Positions 11,138 to 21,655 of a stretch of 64,000 bases of DNA are shown here, piece after piece. Numbering within the stretch: the stretch's first letter is position 1; each line of letters starts with the position of its first letter. A program made the position numbers and the translations under genes. Location of the stretch: positions 259,142 to 323,141 of the forward strand of contig CBDCOJ010000032.1 of the NCBI GenBank assembly GCA_965219695.1. The letters run 5' to 3'. The notes under the pieces were generated by a model. The model was not told the origin of the DNA, ran no database searches, and was given only the letters and a program-made list of their open reading frames with translations. The DNA is from Candidatus Poribacteria bacterium (GTDB lineage: Bacteria; Poribacteria; WGA-4E; WGA-3G).

Positions 11138-13597
11138 ATGCAAGAAGAAAATATTATTAGCCGATCAATAGAAACCGAACTGCAGACCTCATACCTCACG
11201 TACGCGATGAGTGTAAATACGAATAGAGCAATCCCTGATGTGCGGGATGGCTTGAAACCGAGTGCACGCCGCATCATCTATGCTATGGGAGAGATTAATC
11301 TCACGAGTAGTCGCCCTTACGATAAATGTGCTGCTGTTGTTGGTGAAGTCATGAAAAACTTTCATCCGCACGGTGATGGTCCGATTTACGGCACGCTCGT
11401 AGGTCTTGCTCAAGAATTTAGCACACGTTACCCTTTAATAGATGGGCAAGGTAACTTCGGGTCTATTGACGATGATCCTGCAGGGGCAATGCGTTACACG
11501 GAGTGTAGACTTTCAAAGATTGCTGAAACATGCCTGCTGGATATTGATAAGGATACTGTTGATTTCCAGCCCAATTATAAAGAATCGTTAGAAGAACCTA
11601 CTGTCCTGCCCGGTCTTCTTCCGAACCTGCTTGTGAACGGTACTGACGGTATCGGTATAGGTTATTCAACAAAGATCCCACCACATAACCTTAACGAGGT
11701 CGTGGATACTCTCCTGCACGTGCTCGATTTTCCAGATGCCACCGTTGAGGAACTGATGGAATTTCTCCCTGGTCCAGATTTTCCCACTGCCGGAATTATC
11801 GTTGGGAAAAAAGGAATCAAAGATATGTATGCTACTGGCAAAGGGAGCATGACGATGCGGGCGAGAGTGGAAATTGAACCGATACCGCACGATAAATCTC
11901 GTGGAGACCGCGAGCAGATTGTAGTTACTGAAATTCCTTATCAGATTAAGAAAAATCTGCTGCTTCAACAGATGGTTGATCAGGTAAACAACAGTAAAAC
12001 GATTACCGGCATTTCGGATATCAGAGACGAATCTGATGAGGAGATACGTATCGTTATTGAACTTAAGCGTGGGGAAGTGCCACAAGTTGTCTTAAACCAG
12101 CTCTACAAGCACACAAAAATGCAGCATTTTTTCCCTGCAAACTTGCTTTGTCTTGTTGAAGGTCTCCCCAAAATACTAACGCTCCACGAGATTTTACACT
12201 ACTACTTGGCACATCGACGAGAAGTAATCCGTAGACGCACACAGTTTGATTTAGCACGCTGCGAAAGACGTGCCCATATTTTAGAGGGATACCGTATTGC
12301 GCTGGAGCATTTAGAGGAAGTAATTGAACTTGTGCAAACTGCAGAGACGCCGCAGGAAGCCAGGGAACAGTTGATAACACAGTATGAACTATCTGAAGAT
12401 CAAGCGAACGAGGTGCTGGGATTAACCTTAAGCCAGTTAACAGGATTAGGTCGTCAGAATATTAACGATGAATACAGTGACCTCTTGGAACGGATCGCTG
12501 AACTCAAAGCAATTCTTGATAGTGAAGACCTTGTTACCAACATCATCAGAGAAGAATTGGAAGGATTGAAGGAGGATCATGGAGACGATCGCCTCACCGA
12601 AATCGTTTCAGAGGTGAAAAGCTTTGAGATGGAAGACCTCATTGCCGATGAGGAGATGGTTGTCACACTGACACATTCCGGATATCTCAAACGGATTCCG
12701 ATGGATACATATCGAACGCAAAATCGCGGCGGGGTTGGTATTAAAGGCGGAAACCCAAAAGATGGAGATTTCTTGGAACAACTGCTTATCGCAACGGCAC
12801 ACCAATCTCTTCTCTTTTTTACCAGTCTCGGCAAGTGCTATGTGCTGAAAGTTTTTGAGATACCAGAAGGTTCACGCCAAGCAGCAGGTCGAGCAGCGGT
12901 AAATATGCTGAAACTAAGTGACTCTGAGACTATTACCGCATTCTTACCTATTCGAGAGTTTAATGAAGATCTTTATATCTTTATGGCAACGAAGTCCGGA
13001 ATTGTAAAGAAATCTCCATTGGGTGACTTTAGAAATCCTATTTCCAGTGGAATTATAGCAATTAACTTAGACCCAGACGACCAACTAATCGAAGCGCATC
13101 TTACCGATGGGAAATACGATGTTATCTTGGTTAGCCATAACGGAAATGCTATACGATTTAACGAATCGGATGTCCGCAGTATGGGGCGCCGCACGCGCGG
13201 TGTCCGTGGCATTCGCCTCGCTGAAGAAGACTTTGTTGTAGACATGGTATGTTCCGCAGATGAAAACGATTCTCTTCTCATTGTAACAGAAAACGGTTAT
13301 GGCAAACGAACAGGATTATCAGCGTATCGTTCGCAGAAGCGCGGCGGCGTAGGACTGACTGCCATTAAGCGTTCAACGCGTAATGGTGCGGTCGTTTCTG
13401 CTAAACTCGTTACGAGATCAGATGAGCTTGTTCTTATTAGTTCCACAGGGTATATTACGCGTATGCCAGTCAGCGATATCCGTTCAATTGGTCGCACAAC
13501 GCAAGGTGTCCGGCTCATGACTTTACAAGAAGACGAGACACTTGTGGATGTCGGAAAAATCTCGGAAACCGATTCTGATAGCGATATAGGAGGATAG
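11138..13597 (+). CDS. gyrA: DNA gyrase subunit A
   Basis: PDVRDGLKP, HPHGD, AMRYTE catalytic Tyr, GyrA-box QNRGGVG, C-terminal pinwheel repeats. Confidence 0.97.
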   Translation: MQEENIISRSIETELQTSYLTYAMSVNTNRAIPDVRDGLKPSARRIIYAMGEINLTSSRPYDKCAAVVGEVMKNFHPHGDGPIYGTLVGLAQEFSTRYPLIDGQGNFGSIDDDPAGAMRYTECRLSKIAETCLLDIDKDTVDFQPNYKESLEEPTVLPGLLPNLLVNGTDGIGIGYSTKIPPHNLNEVVDTLLHVLDFPDATVEELMEFLPGPDFPTAGIIVGKKGIKDMYATGKGSMTMRARVEIEPIPHDKSRGDREQIVVTEIPYQIKKNLLLQQMVDQVNNSKTITGISDIRDESDEEIRIVIELKRGEVPQVVLNQLYKHTKMQHFFPANLLCLVEGLPKILTLHEILHYYLAHRREVIRRRTQFDLARCERRAHILEGYRIALEHLEEVIELVQTAETPQEAREQLITQYELSEDQANEVLGLTLSQLTGLGRQNINDEYSDLLERIAELKAILDSEDLVTNIIREELEGLKEDHGDDRLTEIVSEVKSFEMEDLIADEEMVVTLTHSGYLKRIPMDTYRTQNRGGVGIKGGNPKDGDFLEQLLIATAHQSLLFFTSLGKCYVLKVFEIPEGSRQAAGRAAVNMLKLSDSETITAFLPIREFNEDLYIFMATKSGIVKKSPLGDFRNPISSGIIAINLDPDDQLIEAHLTDGKYDVILVSHNGNAIRFNESDVRSMGRRTRGVRGIRLAEEDFVVDMVCSADENDSLLIVTENGYGKRTGLSAYRSQKRGGVGLTAIKRSTRNGAVVSAKLVTRSDELVLISSTGYITRMPVSDIRSIGRTTQGVRLMTLQEDETLVDVGKISETDSDSDIGG

Positions 13598-13664
13598 TTG
13601 TCAGTAACAATCCTTCGTCAAGTGTGGTTACAATACTACGGAGCAGGTTTATTATTATTATTAT

Positions 13665-13835
13665 TATAGTGGATTCTACAATTAACTTTACATTATTGAG
13701 TTGTAGGAGGGAACTCCGATTCCCAACGGATAATAGGTTGAGTCGTGATTCGGAAATCACTCCCGCTGGATGCCAAACGCGCATTCAGCGGTGATTCACA
13801 GAAGAAGTGTAAACTTACTTTTCTAATTCACTATT
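13665..13835. mobile_element. MITE (TATAGT...ACTAT ends) containing an inverted REP pair and a 34-bp hairpin insertion; preceded by (TTA)6
   Basis: Imperfect TIR ATAGTGGATTCTACAATTAACTTTACA / TGTAAACTTACTTTTCTAATTCACTAT; REPs at 13703 and 13742. Confidence 0.7.
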
Positions 13836-13856
13836 AAAGCAGACAAGGAGACGATT

Positions 13857-15398
13857 ATGAAAAGCAACTTTTGGAAAATTTTTACCCTACTGAGCATAGT
13901 ATGTCTTTTCTCAGCAGGAGGGGGAACAGATGCACAAGAGTTAATCTCATCTACGACAGCAGAACAAGTGCCGTTGACAGAGGCATCTGAAAGCGAAAAA
14001 AAGATTTACACACAACTGATGTACGCAATCTATCTACAAAGTTTTGATAGAGACTTAGATGCTGTAAAACGGTTATATGATGCTTTAGTGGAACAGGCAC
14101 CTGAGTCTGCTTATGTCTGGTACAAACGCGGACAGCTTCGGTTTCATCGGTTGCAGGATGTTAAAGGTGCTAAAAATGATACGCTTGAAGCGCTCAAGCT
14201 TAACCCATCCCACGTTCCTGCAAACTGGCTGCTTGCTGAGATCTTAATGCTCCACGCATCTCATCATTCAGGTCGGAACTATATCGTAGAAGCGTTGAAA
14301 GCTGCTAAAAAAGTGACTGAACTTGATCCTAACCATTTAAGGGCACATCGAAGGGTTGCTAATTTAGCGTATGAACTCCAAGAATATGCTGCTGTGGAGA
14401 CATCTTTGAAAGCACTAACACGCGTTCTACCTTTTGAACCTGAATTTCATAGCCGACTCGGTAGACTCTATCTAATAACAAATAAGCCGCAGGAAGCTAT
14501 TGATGCTTACCAGCGCGTCATAAAAATTACGCCAAACGACCTGATAGCACTTAGAATTATAGGGCGTCTTTATCTTGAGGCAGAGAAATTGACGGAAGCA
14601 GAACAAACCTTTGAGCATATCCTTACATTAGTCCCGCAAGACGTTAATGGAAACTTAGGACTTGGCTTGGTTCTTCAGAGACTTGCTGAACAGGCACATA
14701 CGTCGAGCAATAAAGACCCGAAAAGTGAGCAGGCAGATTTGCAGACACTCATTCGAGATGCAGAAACATATCTTGGACGAGCGATTTTCTTTTCTAAGGA
14801 TTTTATCAATAACCCTCGGAACGATGTCCAACGTGCCTATTTTAAACGGATGGCGATAGATGCTCAGTATGCGTTGGCAAACGTTTATTTTCTGTATAAA
14901 AAATATGAGAAAGCCGAGGAAACTTTCGCGCAACTTCTTGCTGACAATCCGGATCACACCGGCGCTACTTATGGGATTGCTGCTGTCTATCAGACAATAG
15001 GGGCATTCGAAAAAGCGGAAACGTATTTGCGTAAAACGCTTGAAATTGAACCGGGGCATGAATATGCACTCAACGCACTCGGTTATCTCTTTGCAGAGCA
15101 AGAAAAAAATCTGGATGAAGCAGAAGCTTTGATAAAGCGGGCACTCCAAAAGTCTCCAAAAAACGGGGCATATCTTGATAGTCTTGGATGGGTCTACTTT
15201 AAACAGGGACGTATCGCTGAAGCTGTCACATTGTTGGAAAGTGCGAACCAACAGCTGCCTGACAATGCTGAGATTCTGATGCACCTCGGTGATGCTTATC
15301 TTGAAAACGGTGAACCTGAAAAAGCACGTGGTGTTTGGCAACAAGCGCAAACAATTGAACCTGATAATGATGACATACAGGAACGACTCAAACAATAG
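13857..15398 (+). CDS. Exported tetratricopeptide-repeat protein
   Basis: Signal peptide; multiple TPR units; ALNALGY / YLDSLGWVYF motifs. Confidence 0.85.
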   Translation: MKSNFWKIFTLLSIVCLFSAGGGTDAQELISSTTAEQVPLTEASESEKKIYTQLMYAIYLQSFDRDLDAVKRLYDALVEQAPESAYVWYKRGQLRFHRLQDVKGAKNDTLEALKLNPSHVPANWLLAEILMLHASHHSGRNYIVEALKAAKKVTELDPNHLRAHRRVANLAYELQEYAAVETSLKALTRVLPFEPEFHSRLGRLYLITNKPQEAIDAYQRVIKITPNDLIALRIIGRLYLEAEKLTEAEQTFEHILTLVPQDVNGNLGLGLVLQRLAEQAHTSSNKDPKSEQADLQTLIRDAETYLGRAIFFSKDFINNPRNDVQRAYFKRMAIDAQYALANVYFLYKKYEKAEETFAQLLADNPDHTGATYGIAAVYQTIGAFEKAETYLRKTLEIEPGHEYALNALGYLFAEQEKNLDEAEALIKRALQKSPKNGAYLDSLGWVYFKQGRIAEAVTLLESANQQLPDNAEILMHLGDAYLENGEPEKARGVWQQAQTIEPDNDDIQERLKQ

Positions 15399-15466
15399 TT
15401 TTTAGTAGCCAGTTATCGGTTATGCAATTGTGTTGATAACTGACTACTGATAGCTGAAGACTACTA
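15396..15466. repeat. Inverted arrays of degenerate heptamers (AGTTATC / GATAACT type)
   Basis: TAG..CAGTTATCGGTTA followed by TGATAACTGACTACTGATAGCTGAAGACTA. Confidence 0.6.
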
Positions 15467-15470
15467 AAAA

Positions 15471-17177
15471 ATGCGATATATCATCACAGTTATCTTACTG
15501 ACGCTAATTTTTTCTGCCCAGTATAGTGAGGCATTTCGCTGCGGGACACCACATCTAAAAATGGATATGGCACCCGAACTTTTAACGCCTGTGCCAACCG
15601 CACCCGGACATCCCGCAGCACCAGCACTTACCATCGGATTCCAACGAACTTTTTTTGCTATCGATTTCGAAAGAAAACAGCAGTATACAGTCAATGCAAC
15701 GCTGCGGGCAAGCGGCGCCCACTGTTACATCTTTGTTGAAGATTCGGAATGGCAAGAGAATGTCACAGCACTCACAGTTCAAACTATCCAAAGAGCGTTT
15801 GAGATAGCAACTCCAGCAGACCCACAGCGCGGGATATATGACATCTTAACGGAAGACTTTGGCGCACCACCAGATATTGATCGAAATCAGAAGGTAATTT
15901 TACTTCTTCTCAATATTCGCGATATTGACATCCACCATGCAACAGCTGGGTACTTCTTTCCGATTGATCAGCAAAGAGGTATGCTACACCATCCAACCCT
16001 CGGACCACTACATAGCAACGAAGCCGATATCCTCTATATTAATTCCGAAAAGCAACCAACGAATTCTGATGTTATGCACTCTGTTATCGCTCATGAACTC
16101 CAACACCTTATCCACTGGAAGCATTCTCCGAAGGAAGAAACGTGGATAGACGAAGGGTGTGCTGATTACGCAGCTTTTCGATGTGGTTATAACCTTTACC
16201 AACATCTTAATGCTTTTCAGAAGACACCAAACATTTCATTGACCGACTGGTCCCAGATGAGCCAGACGAACCTGCTTGCACACTACGGTGCGTCTTTTCT
16301 TTTTATGTTATACCTCCATGATCATTATGGTGGTATACAAACCATTGCGGCGCTTGTAAAAAATCCTTTAGATGGCTTTTTAGGGATTACACGTACGCTG
16401 CAGGCACGCGGGGTGTCTCACACATTCTCAGACATATTTGCAGACTGGAAAGTTACAAATTACCTCACTACGTGGAAGGTACTCGGAACTGTGGAAAAAT
16501 CTTTTCGGTACCACACGTTAGTTCCAGCGATTCAACCGCTATTTATCCATGACACCTACCCGGCTCTTGGGAAAAATAAAAAACTTGCCAATTTTGCTGC
16601 ACATGCTATTGAATGTAAAGTGACAACAGCGGATCAGGCAGGTCTAAACCTCAGTTTTTCTGCACAACGAAACACAAACGTAGACATCAAGGTTGCATAT
16701 CTATACAATACAGGGGAGATTAGTGTAGAATCGTTGCCCTTTAAAACTGCTGATGGAACTGCCGTATTGGATCTTCCTAATTTTGGGAATGGCATCCAAC
16801 GTGTGATGTTTATTCCAAGTCTACAAGTTGCTAATCAAAGTTTTTCTCAGCAATCTATAACTTACAACTATAATGCGTTTGAAGGAAGCCTCGGCACTTA
16901 TACCACACACATCCTTCCTAATCCAATTCATCCAAATTATTGGGAAGTTATTGCTGTGCCAAGCGAGGCGAAGGGCGTGCATTCACTTACATTAACGCTG
17001 ACGTACCAAAACAGGAAAATTCTTGATGCAAAACCGATGGTATATGTTAAAAATGAAGATAATTCACTTTATAGACATGCGTTCCATCTTAAACCTGAAA
17101 TCGATACAGAAGCGGTTGAGTGGAGCATCATGCGAGGGGACACTATTATTGACGAAGGGATTCTGAATGACCGATAA
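15471..17177 (+). CDS. Secreted zinc metallopeptidase (M6/M30-like)
   Basis: Signal peptide, RCGTP propeptide-like motif, HELQH zinc motif followed by WIDEG; C-terminal LPNP motif. Confidence 0.75.
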   Translation: MRYIITVILLTLIFSAQYSEAFRCGTPHLKMDMAPELLTPVPTAPGHPAAPALTIGFQRTFFAIDFERKQQYTVNATLRASGAHCYIFVEDSEWQENVTALTVQTIQRAFEIATPADPQRGIYDILTEDFGAPPDIDRNQKVILLLLNIRDIDIHHATAGYFFPIDQQRGMLHHPTLGPLHSNEADILYINSEKQPTNSDVMHSVIAHELQHLIHWKHSPKEETWIDEGCADYAAFRCGYNLYQHLNAFQKTPNISLTDWSQMSQTNLLAHYGASFLFMLYLHDHYGGIQTIAALVKNPLDGFLGITRTLQARGVSHTFSDIFADWKVTNYLTTWKVLGTVEKSFRYHTLVPAIQPLFIHDTYPALGKNKKLANFAAHAIECKVTTADQAGLNLSFSAQRNTNVDIKVAYLYNTGEISVESLPFKTADGTAVLDLPNFGNGIQRVMFIPSLQVANQSFSQQSITYNYNAFEGSLGTYTTHILPNPIHPNYWEVIAVPSEAKGVHSLTLTLTYQNRKILDAKPMVYVKNEDNSLYRHAFHLKPEIDTEAVEWSIMRGDTIIDEGILNDR

Positions 17178-17211
17178 TTGATAACCGATAAGTTATTACG
17201 AGGAGGTATAT

Positions 17212-18192
17212 ATGTCAAACACACTTTATGCAGGAACAATTGGACAAAGCATTTGGCGAAGCACCGATGTCGGTAAGACTTGGCATCGTGTCAGCAACGG
17301 TATTTTTCCAGAAGCAGACATCCGCGCAATCGTTGTACATCCAACGGATTCAAATATACTTTATGCTGGCACTGAAAAAGGTATTGTCAAAAGCATAGAT
17401 GGGAGCGATACGTGGAAACACATGCCGAGTGAGATGGATGACCGAGAAGTTTGGTCGCTTGCGATTCATCCGACTGCTCCGGATACACTTTATGCGGGAA
17501 CTTGTCCATCTGCGTTTTTCAAAACAACAGATGGTGGTGAGACATGGACGCAACTTGATGCTGAACTTGCACAAGAATGTGAAGGTATTCCCATCATCCC
17601 GCGCGTAACAACTATCATTATTGATCCAGAACACCATGAAACTGTCTATGCGGGAATTGAAATTGACGGTATGCGTTTAAGCACCGATGGTGGAAAAACT
17701 TGGGATGACCGAAGTGAAGGTTTGAGCAGCTTGGATATCCACGGGTTGACGGTGGTTCCGGGTGAGCAAAAAGCCCTTGTTGCTGCGACAAATAACGATG
17801 TCTGTATTACCACAGATATGCACAATTGGACACCTTTGAAGGTTCGCAACCATTTTCCGTGGCCCTACTGCCGCGCAGCGTTTTATTTGAACGGTGAAAA
17901 CGCTAAGGTCTTTATTGGTGCTGGTAACGGTCCTCCTGGCGACCAAGGCGGTATCTTTTATATGCGAGATACTGATGCGGCACAAGATGCGGATGCAATT
18001 CGTTGGGATCGCTCTGATATTGGGATGACTTCGAATAGCACTATTTGGTGTTTTGGCTATAATCCGAGTGTTGACGGATTGCTGATTGCCTGTAGTGTAA
18101 GTGGGCAACTTTTCTTGAGTGAGGACAATGGCGATTCATGGGCGAAATTGGCACATGAATTTGGTGAGGTGCGCGCCTTGGCGGTCGCCTAA
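17212..18192 (+). CDS. BNR/Asp-box beta-propeller protein (Ycf48/sialidase-like)
   Basis: Repeated SxDxGxTW motifs. Confidence 0.8.
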   Translation: MSNTLYAGTIGQSIWRSTDVGKTWHRVSNGIFPEADIRAIVVHPTDSNILYAGTEKGIVKSIDGSDTWKHMPSEMDDREVWSLAIHPTAPDTLYAGTCPSAFFKTTDGGETWTQLDAELAQECEGIPIIPRVTTIIIDPEHHETVYAGIEIDGMRLSTDGGKTWDDRSEGLSSLDIHGLTVVPGEQKALVAATNNDVCITTDMHNWTPLKVRNHFPWPYCRAAFYLNGENAKVFIGAGNGPPGDQGGIFYMRDTDAAQDADAIRWDRSDIGMTSNSTIWCFGYNPSVDGLLIACSVSGQLFLSEDNGDSWAKLAHEFGEVRALAVA

Positions 18193-18420
18193 CAGTGAAA
18201 AGTGCTTAACCAAGAAAGTCTCTGTGTGGTTGTTAAAAATAAGATGCTACACAGGGACTTTTCACTATAGCATCTCTTTTAGAACGCCATTGAGATGAAC
18301 AGATGTAATAAAAATAAATTGTATCTTGACTTTTTTCGGCAATTTTGATAAACTTTTGGAAATAGGTGGGTTGTGCGCTGAACTCAACGATTTGTTGGCA
18401 GACATAGGGGTTTTGCCCTC

Positions 18421-18496
18421 CGCCAAATCATGCAGAATACCATACGGGCATTCCCTTTTGGTTTGGTATTTTGCTACGCGCATTTGGCGTTAATTT
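18421..18496. mobile_element. Nested small hairpin elements
   Basis: CGCCAAAT...TACGCGCATTTGGCGTTAATTT interrupted by AATCATGCAGAATACCA...TGGTATTTTGC. Confidence 0.6.
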
Positions 18497-18573
18497 CGTC
18501 TAAGGACGCAGCACGCGCACAGATGCCCTATGACAAAAGGACAAAAGTTTAATCAAGGAGGCATATCTCTATT

Positions 18574-19341
18574 ATGCGTTTTTTTAGTTTTCTATTCATA
18601 CCTTTTCTCCTCATTTCAATCGCTGGATGTATTGGAGACGGTGAGATTAATATTGACACCCCGCCATCTTTTGGTGAAGCAAAGAAAATTGCTATCACGT
18701 CTTTCATCGCTGAAGAGGAAGAGGCACAGAAACTTGGCAAACGAATTAGCATCAATTTGGGGAACCGTTTAAAACTTATACTGAAAGACAGTGAATGGGT
18801 ATTTGACGAGTCGAATAAAGTCCAACCGGTAGCTGATGAAGTTGCTGAACTCGGATTAACACTAAATGATGTTTACGCGGATCCTGCTTTGGCAGCTAAA
18901 GTCGGGCAAGCTCTTAATGCCGACATCATTATCACCGGAATGGTAAATAATCCAAGATTGGCTCGAAAGGATAGCAATGAGCATCTCATGCGGCAGGGGA
19001 GACAGTCAGGTATTTCGGGTACATCTACCTTTATTACGACCCGACAGACAGCAAGTGTCAAAACACGGGTCAAGGTTATTGATGTAGCAACAGGCAATGT
19101 ACTCTATAACAATAAGATCCAGTCTTATCTCAAGTACTGGTTTGCCTATCAAACCCAGATGAGCAACAACGTTATTTTCAAAGAGGATATGGATATGCTC
19201 GCGGATTTAGGCATACATCTACCACGCCGTATTTCGTATATGCTTTATCCAAGTGGTATCAAGAAAGAGCCTCAAGATAAGGTTTTGTTGAAACCAGACA
19301 TTGTCCTCAAAGGCACAGGCGGAGTATTCAAATTCGATTAG
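18574..19341 (+). CDS. Lipoprotein, CsgG/TolB-N-like fold
   Basis: Lipobox IAGC; KIAITSF, AAKVGQALNADIIITG and VKVIDVATG patterns. Confidence 0.6.
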   Translation: MRFFSFLFIPFLLISIAGCIGDGEINIDTPPSFGEAKKIAITSFIAEEEEAQKLGKRISINLGNRLKLILKDSEWVFDESNKVQPVADEVAELGLTLNDVYADPALAAKVGQALNADIIITGMVNNPRLARKDSNEHLMRQGRQSGISGTSTFITTRQTASVKTRVKVIDVATGNVLYNNKIQSYLKYWFAYQTQMSNNVIFKEDMDMLADLGIHLPRRISYMLYPSGIKKEPQDKVLLKPDIVLKGTGGVFKFD

Positions 19342-19369
19342 AATTATCTTAAATGATAATTCAAAGCCA

Positions 19370-19409
19370 AAGGCGGGTTGAAGTAAAACTTCAACCCGCC
19401 TTGTTTTTT
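19370..19409 (+). terminator. Rho-independent terminator
   Basis: 15-bp perfect stem AAGGCGGGTTGAAGT/ACTTCAACCCGCCTT followed by a T-run. Confidence 0.85.
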
Positions 19410-19440
19410 ACTGAAATCTAAAACAAGTAGGCACTCCCCC

Positions 19441-19671
19441 GGTAGGTGCGGTTTCTAACCGCACCATAGGCGTCAATTTAAGAACTATTTCTTGTTGGAG
19501 GGGTTTTCAACCCCGAATTATTACCCAAAGATAGGCGCGTTTTGTAAACGCGCCGTTTATAGCGTCTGATGTCTGGGCTCGGCGCGTTTACAAAACGCGC
19601 CTACCTATATAGTCATGAATTGGAATCCTCTTCTACTCAAAAATGTCAAGTCAATTGTAAAATTCACTATA
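19441..19671. repeat. Cluster of REP-like palindromes, a REPIN doublet (19531-19606) and MITE ends
   Basis: GGTAGGTGCGGTTTCTAACCGCACC; GGCGCGTTTTGTAAACGCGCC in both orientations; GCGTCAATTTAAG and AATTCACTATA ends. Confidence 0.7.
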
Positions 19672-19680
19672 ACTGTGCTT

Positions 19681-20151
19681 CTAAGATAACGTTGGATTAG
19701 CATCTTGAAAAAAATCGTTTATCTGGCGTGTATAAGCCTGACCATGTTGCAGTAGTTGTGAAGATGCATCGTAGAGTTCGGGGGCTGGGAGTCCCTCGTA
19801 GGGATTGGCTATTTTCTGGTAACAGGCTAAGGCGTGTTCAAAGAAATTTAGTGTTTCCACATCAATTACACCACTCTCTTGAACTACACGAAAGCCTTGG
19901 TATTTTTGGTAGGGAGGTGTCTTGCCGCTAAATTCTATGATGGCGTTGTTTATGTCTACTGCTCGTTGCACGATCATCAGAAAGCAACTTTTAATATAAG
20001 AATGCGTCAGTCTGTCAGCTTTGATATATTCTTCTTTGTTTGCCGGAAGACCACTCTGCAATTGTCCAAAACATTCCTCCATATACGCCAATTTTGCCTT
20101 CACAGGATTAAACTGACGCTGCAACGTTTTCTTTTCCGAGGTTTTTGACAT
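19681..20151 (-). CDS. HepT/DUF86-like HEPN protein, probably catalytically degenerate
   Basis: IVQRAVDINNAII..PPYQKYQGFRVVQESGVID pattern; the RxxxxH motif is replaced by YQKIANPY. Confidence 0.6.
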   Translation of the reverse strand: MSKTSEKKTLQRQFNPVKAKLAYMEECFGQLQSGLPANKEEYIKADRLTHSYIKSCFLMIVQRAVDINNAIIEFSGKTPPYQKYQGFRVVQESGVIDVETLNFFEHALACYQKIANPYEGLPAPELYDASSQLLQHGQAYTRQINDFFQDANPTLS

Positions 20152-20195
20152 TGGATTCTCCTAAGGAATTATTTTTCTGTCAAATATAGTTTTAT

Positions 20196-20299
20196 TATGG
20201 TGAATTATAAAAATAATTATACACTTTCACCCCTCGGTAGGCGAGGTTTCCTAACCTCGCTGGGTGTGAAGTGTATAAATAATTCTAAAACCTACCATA
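20196..20299. mobile_element. MITE (TATGGT...ACCATA ends) enclosing one REP
   Basis: ~31-bp imperfect TIR; central GTAGGCGAGGTTTCCTAACCTCGC. Confidence 0.75.
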
Positions 20300-20537
20300 A
20301 AATTAGACGTTATTTTTAGGGAAAAGTTGTAACTGACCGCTAATTTTCTAAATTGTGAAACCAATAATTGCCTTCAAAGGCACAGCGGTGGAGCCCAAAG
20401 ACAAGCACCCTTGAACTGCCTTTAGTTTTATGACAATACTTATGCCTGATAATGCTGTCAATCAACGCAAAGAAAATAGCAGATACCCATAAAAAAGGTA
20501 CCTGCTTGTCCAAAATATGATGTTACAACGGACAGTT

Positions 20538-21566
20538 TTACTGCTTAATTGCCCCCCACGTCACTTTTTTTTTACCTTGCGGGGAGACCGATAACACATC
20601 ATCGCTGATCCAGTCTATTGTAGAATCCTGCCCATGATCGTTTGTGAGCTGCGTGATCTCCCCTGTTTTGATATGATACTTATACACATAGCACGGGGGG
20701 AAGTCAATACGTCCCCATAACAGTTTATCCATAGGCATGCCAGCCCGTGCCGTGAAAACAACAGATTTGCCGTCATCCATCCAGGCAATGCCGTAGCATC
20801 TCCAGTCTCTCGGGATGGATAGTTTTCGGAGGTTACCACTGGCGCGATCGTAAACCATATACCGAAACGCTTTGTAGATCAGTCCGTTACCGACATTGGG
20901 CACTTGCTTCCATTTTTGTTCGTCTTCTGTAAACAGAACTTGCCGACCATCCGGTGACCAACGCGGTCGTGCTCGGTAAATACGAAAGTTGTCCCGTTGC
21001 GGACCCGGATTCAGTATAAGCTCACGGGGGTTATGCCCATCCGCACCCATAATCCAAATCGTGCTACTCCGGCCAGGACTGATAGGCTCCGCAAAGAGAA
21101 TATGCCGACCATCCGGCGACCAATCGCAGGAATTTACACTCATATCCGATATGACTTTCCGCTTCCCCGTCTCAATATTCAGCACCTCTACGCTGCGTTT
21201 CTGCTTGTCATTTTCTGACCAAAGTCTATAATAAACGATAAATTGACCGTCCGGTGAAAATGAACATTGACCTCTATAGCTCCCATCTTTTTCTGTCAGC
21301 TGCCGAATGTTGGTGCCGTCTGGATCCATCAAATAAATAACCCTTCTATTCTTAAACAAAATCCGTGTGCCATCGGGAGACCAACTCCATGGGTAGGCAC
21401 CGAATAATGTGTCTTCTACGAGAAGTGTCTGGTTGCTCCCATCATCGTCCATTACGTAGACACCTTTCACATCGTTACGTTCTGAACCAAAAACGATTTT
21501 GGCATGTGCGGCGGTAGACACAAGCAATAGAACCAAACAGAACAAACAGACTTTTCGTGTATTCAT
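20538..21566 (-). CDS. Exported TolB-like (PD40) beta-propeller protein, paralog 1, with C-terminal SPQGKKKVTWGAIK motif
   Basis: Signal peptide; WSPDG repeats. Confidence 0.85.
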   Translation of the reverse strand: MNTRKVCLFCLVLLLVSTAAHAKIVFGSERNDVKGVYVMDDDGSNQTLLVEDTLFGAYPWSWSPDGTRILFKNRRVIYLMDPDGTNIRQLTEKDGSYRGQCSFSPDGQFIVYYRLWSENDKQKRSVEVLNIETGKRKVISDMSVNSCDWSPDGRHILFAEPISPGRSSTIWIMGADGHNPRELILNPGPQRDNFRIYRARPRWSPDGRQVLFTEDEQKWKQVPNVGNGLIYKAFRYMVYDRASGNLRKLSIPRDWRCYGIAWMDDGKSVVFTARAGMPMDKLLWGRIDFPPCYVYKYHIKTGEITQLTNDHGQDSTIDWISDDVLSVSPQGKKKVTWGAIKQ

Positions 21567-21591
21567 GGCGGTACTCCTTAAAAAAGAGAGT

Positions 21592-21614
21592 GGCAGGGGA
21601 ACACGTCCCCTGTC
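21592..21614 (-). terminator. Hairpin plus U-tract directly upstream of the RBS of paralog 1
   Basis: GGCAGGGGA/TCCCCTGTC stem; minus-strand T-run before AGGAG. Confidence 0.55.
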
Positions 21615-21655
21615 GGTCCAATGGGTTATGGGTTATCTGAAGATCTATTATGGCT

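Noticed and set aside
14655-15395. 246-aa antisense ORF (also 55452-56000, 21791-22315 and many short antisense ORFs)
   Set aside because: Shadow frames opposite well-supported genes, with no recognisable motifs
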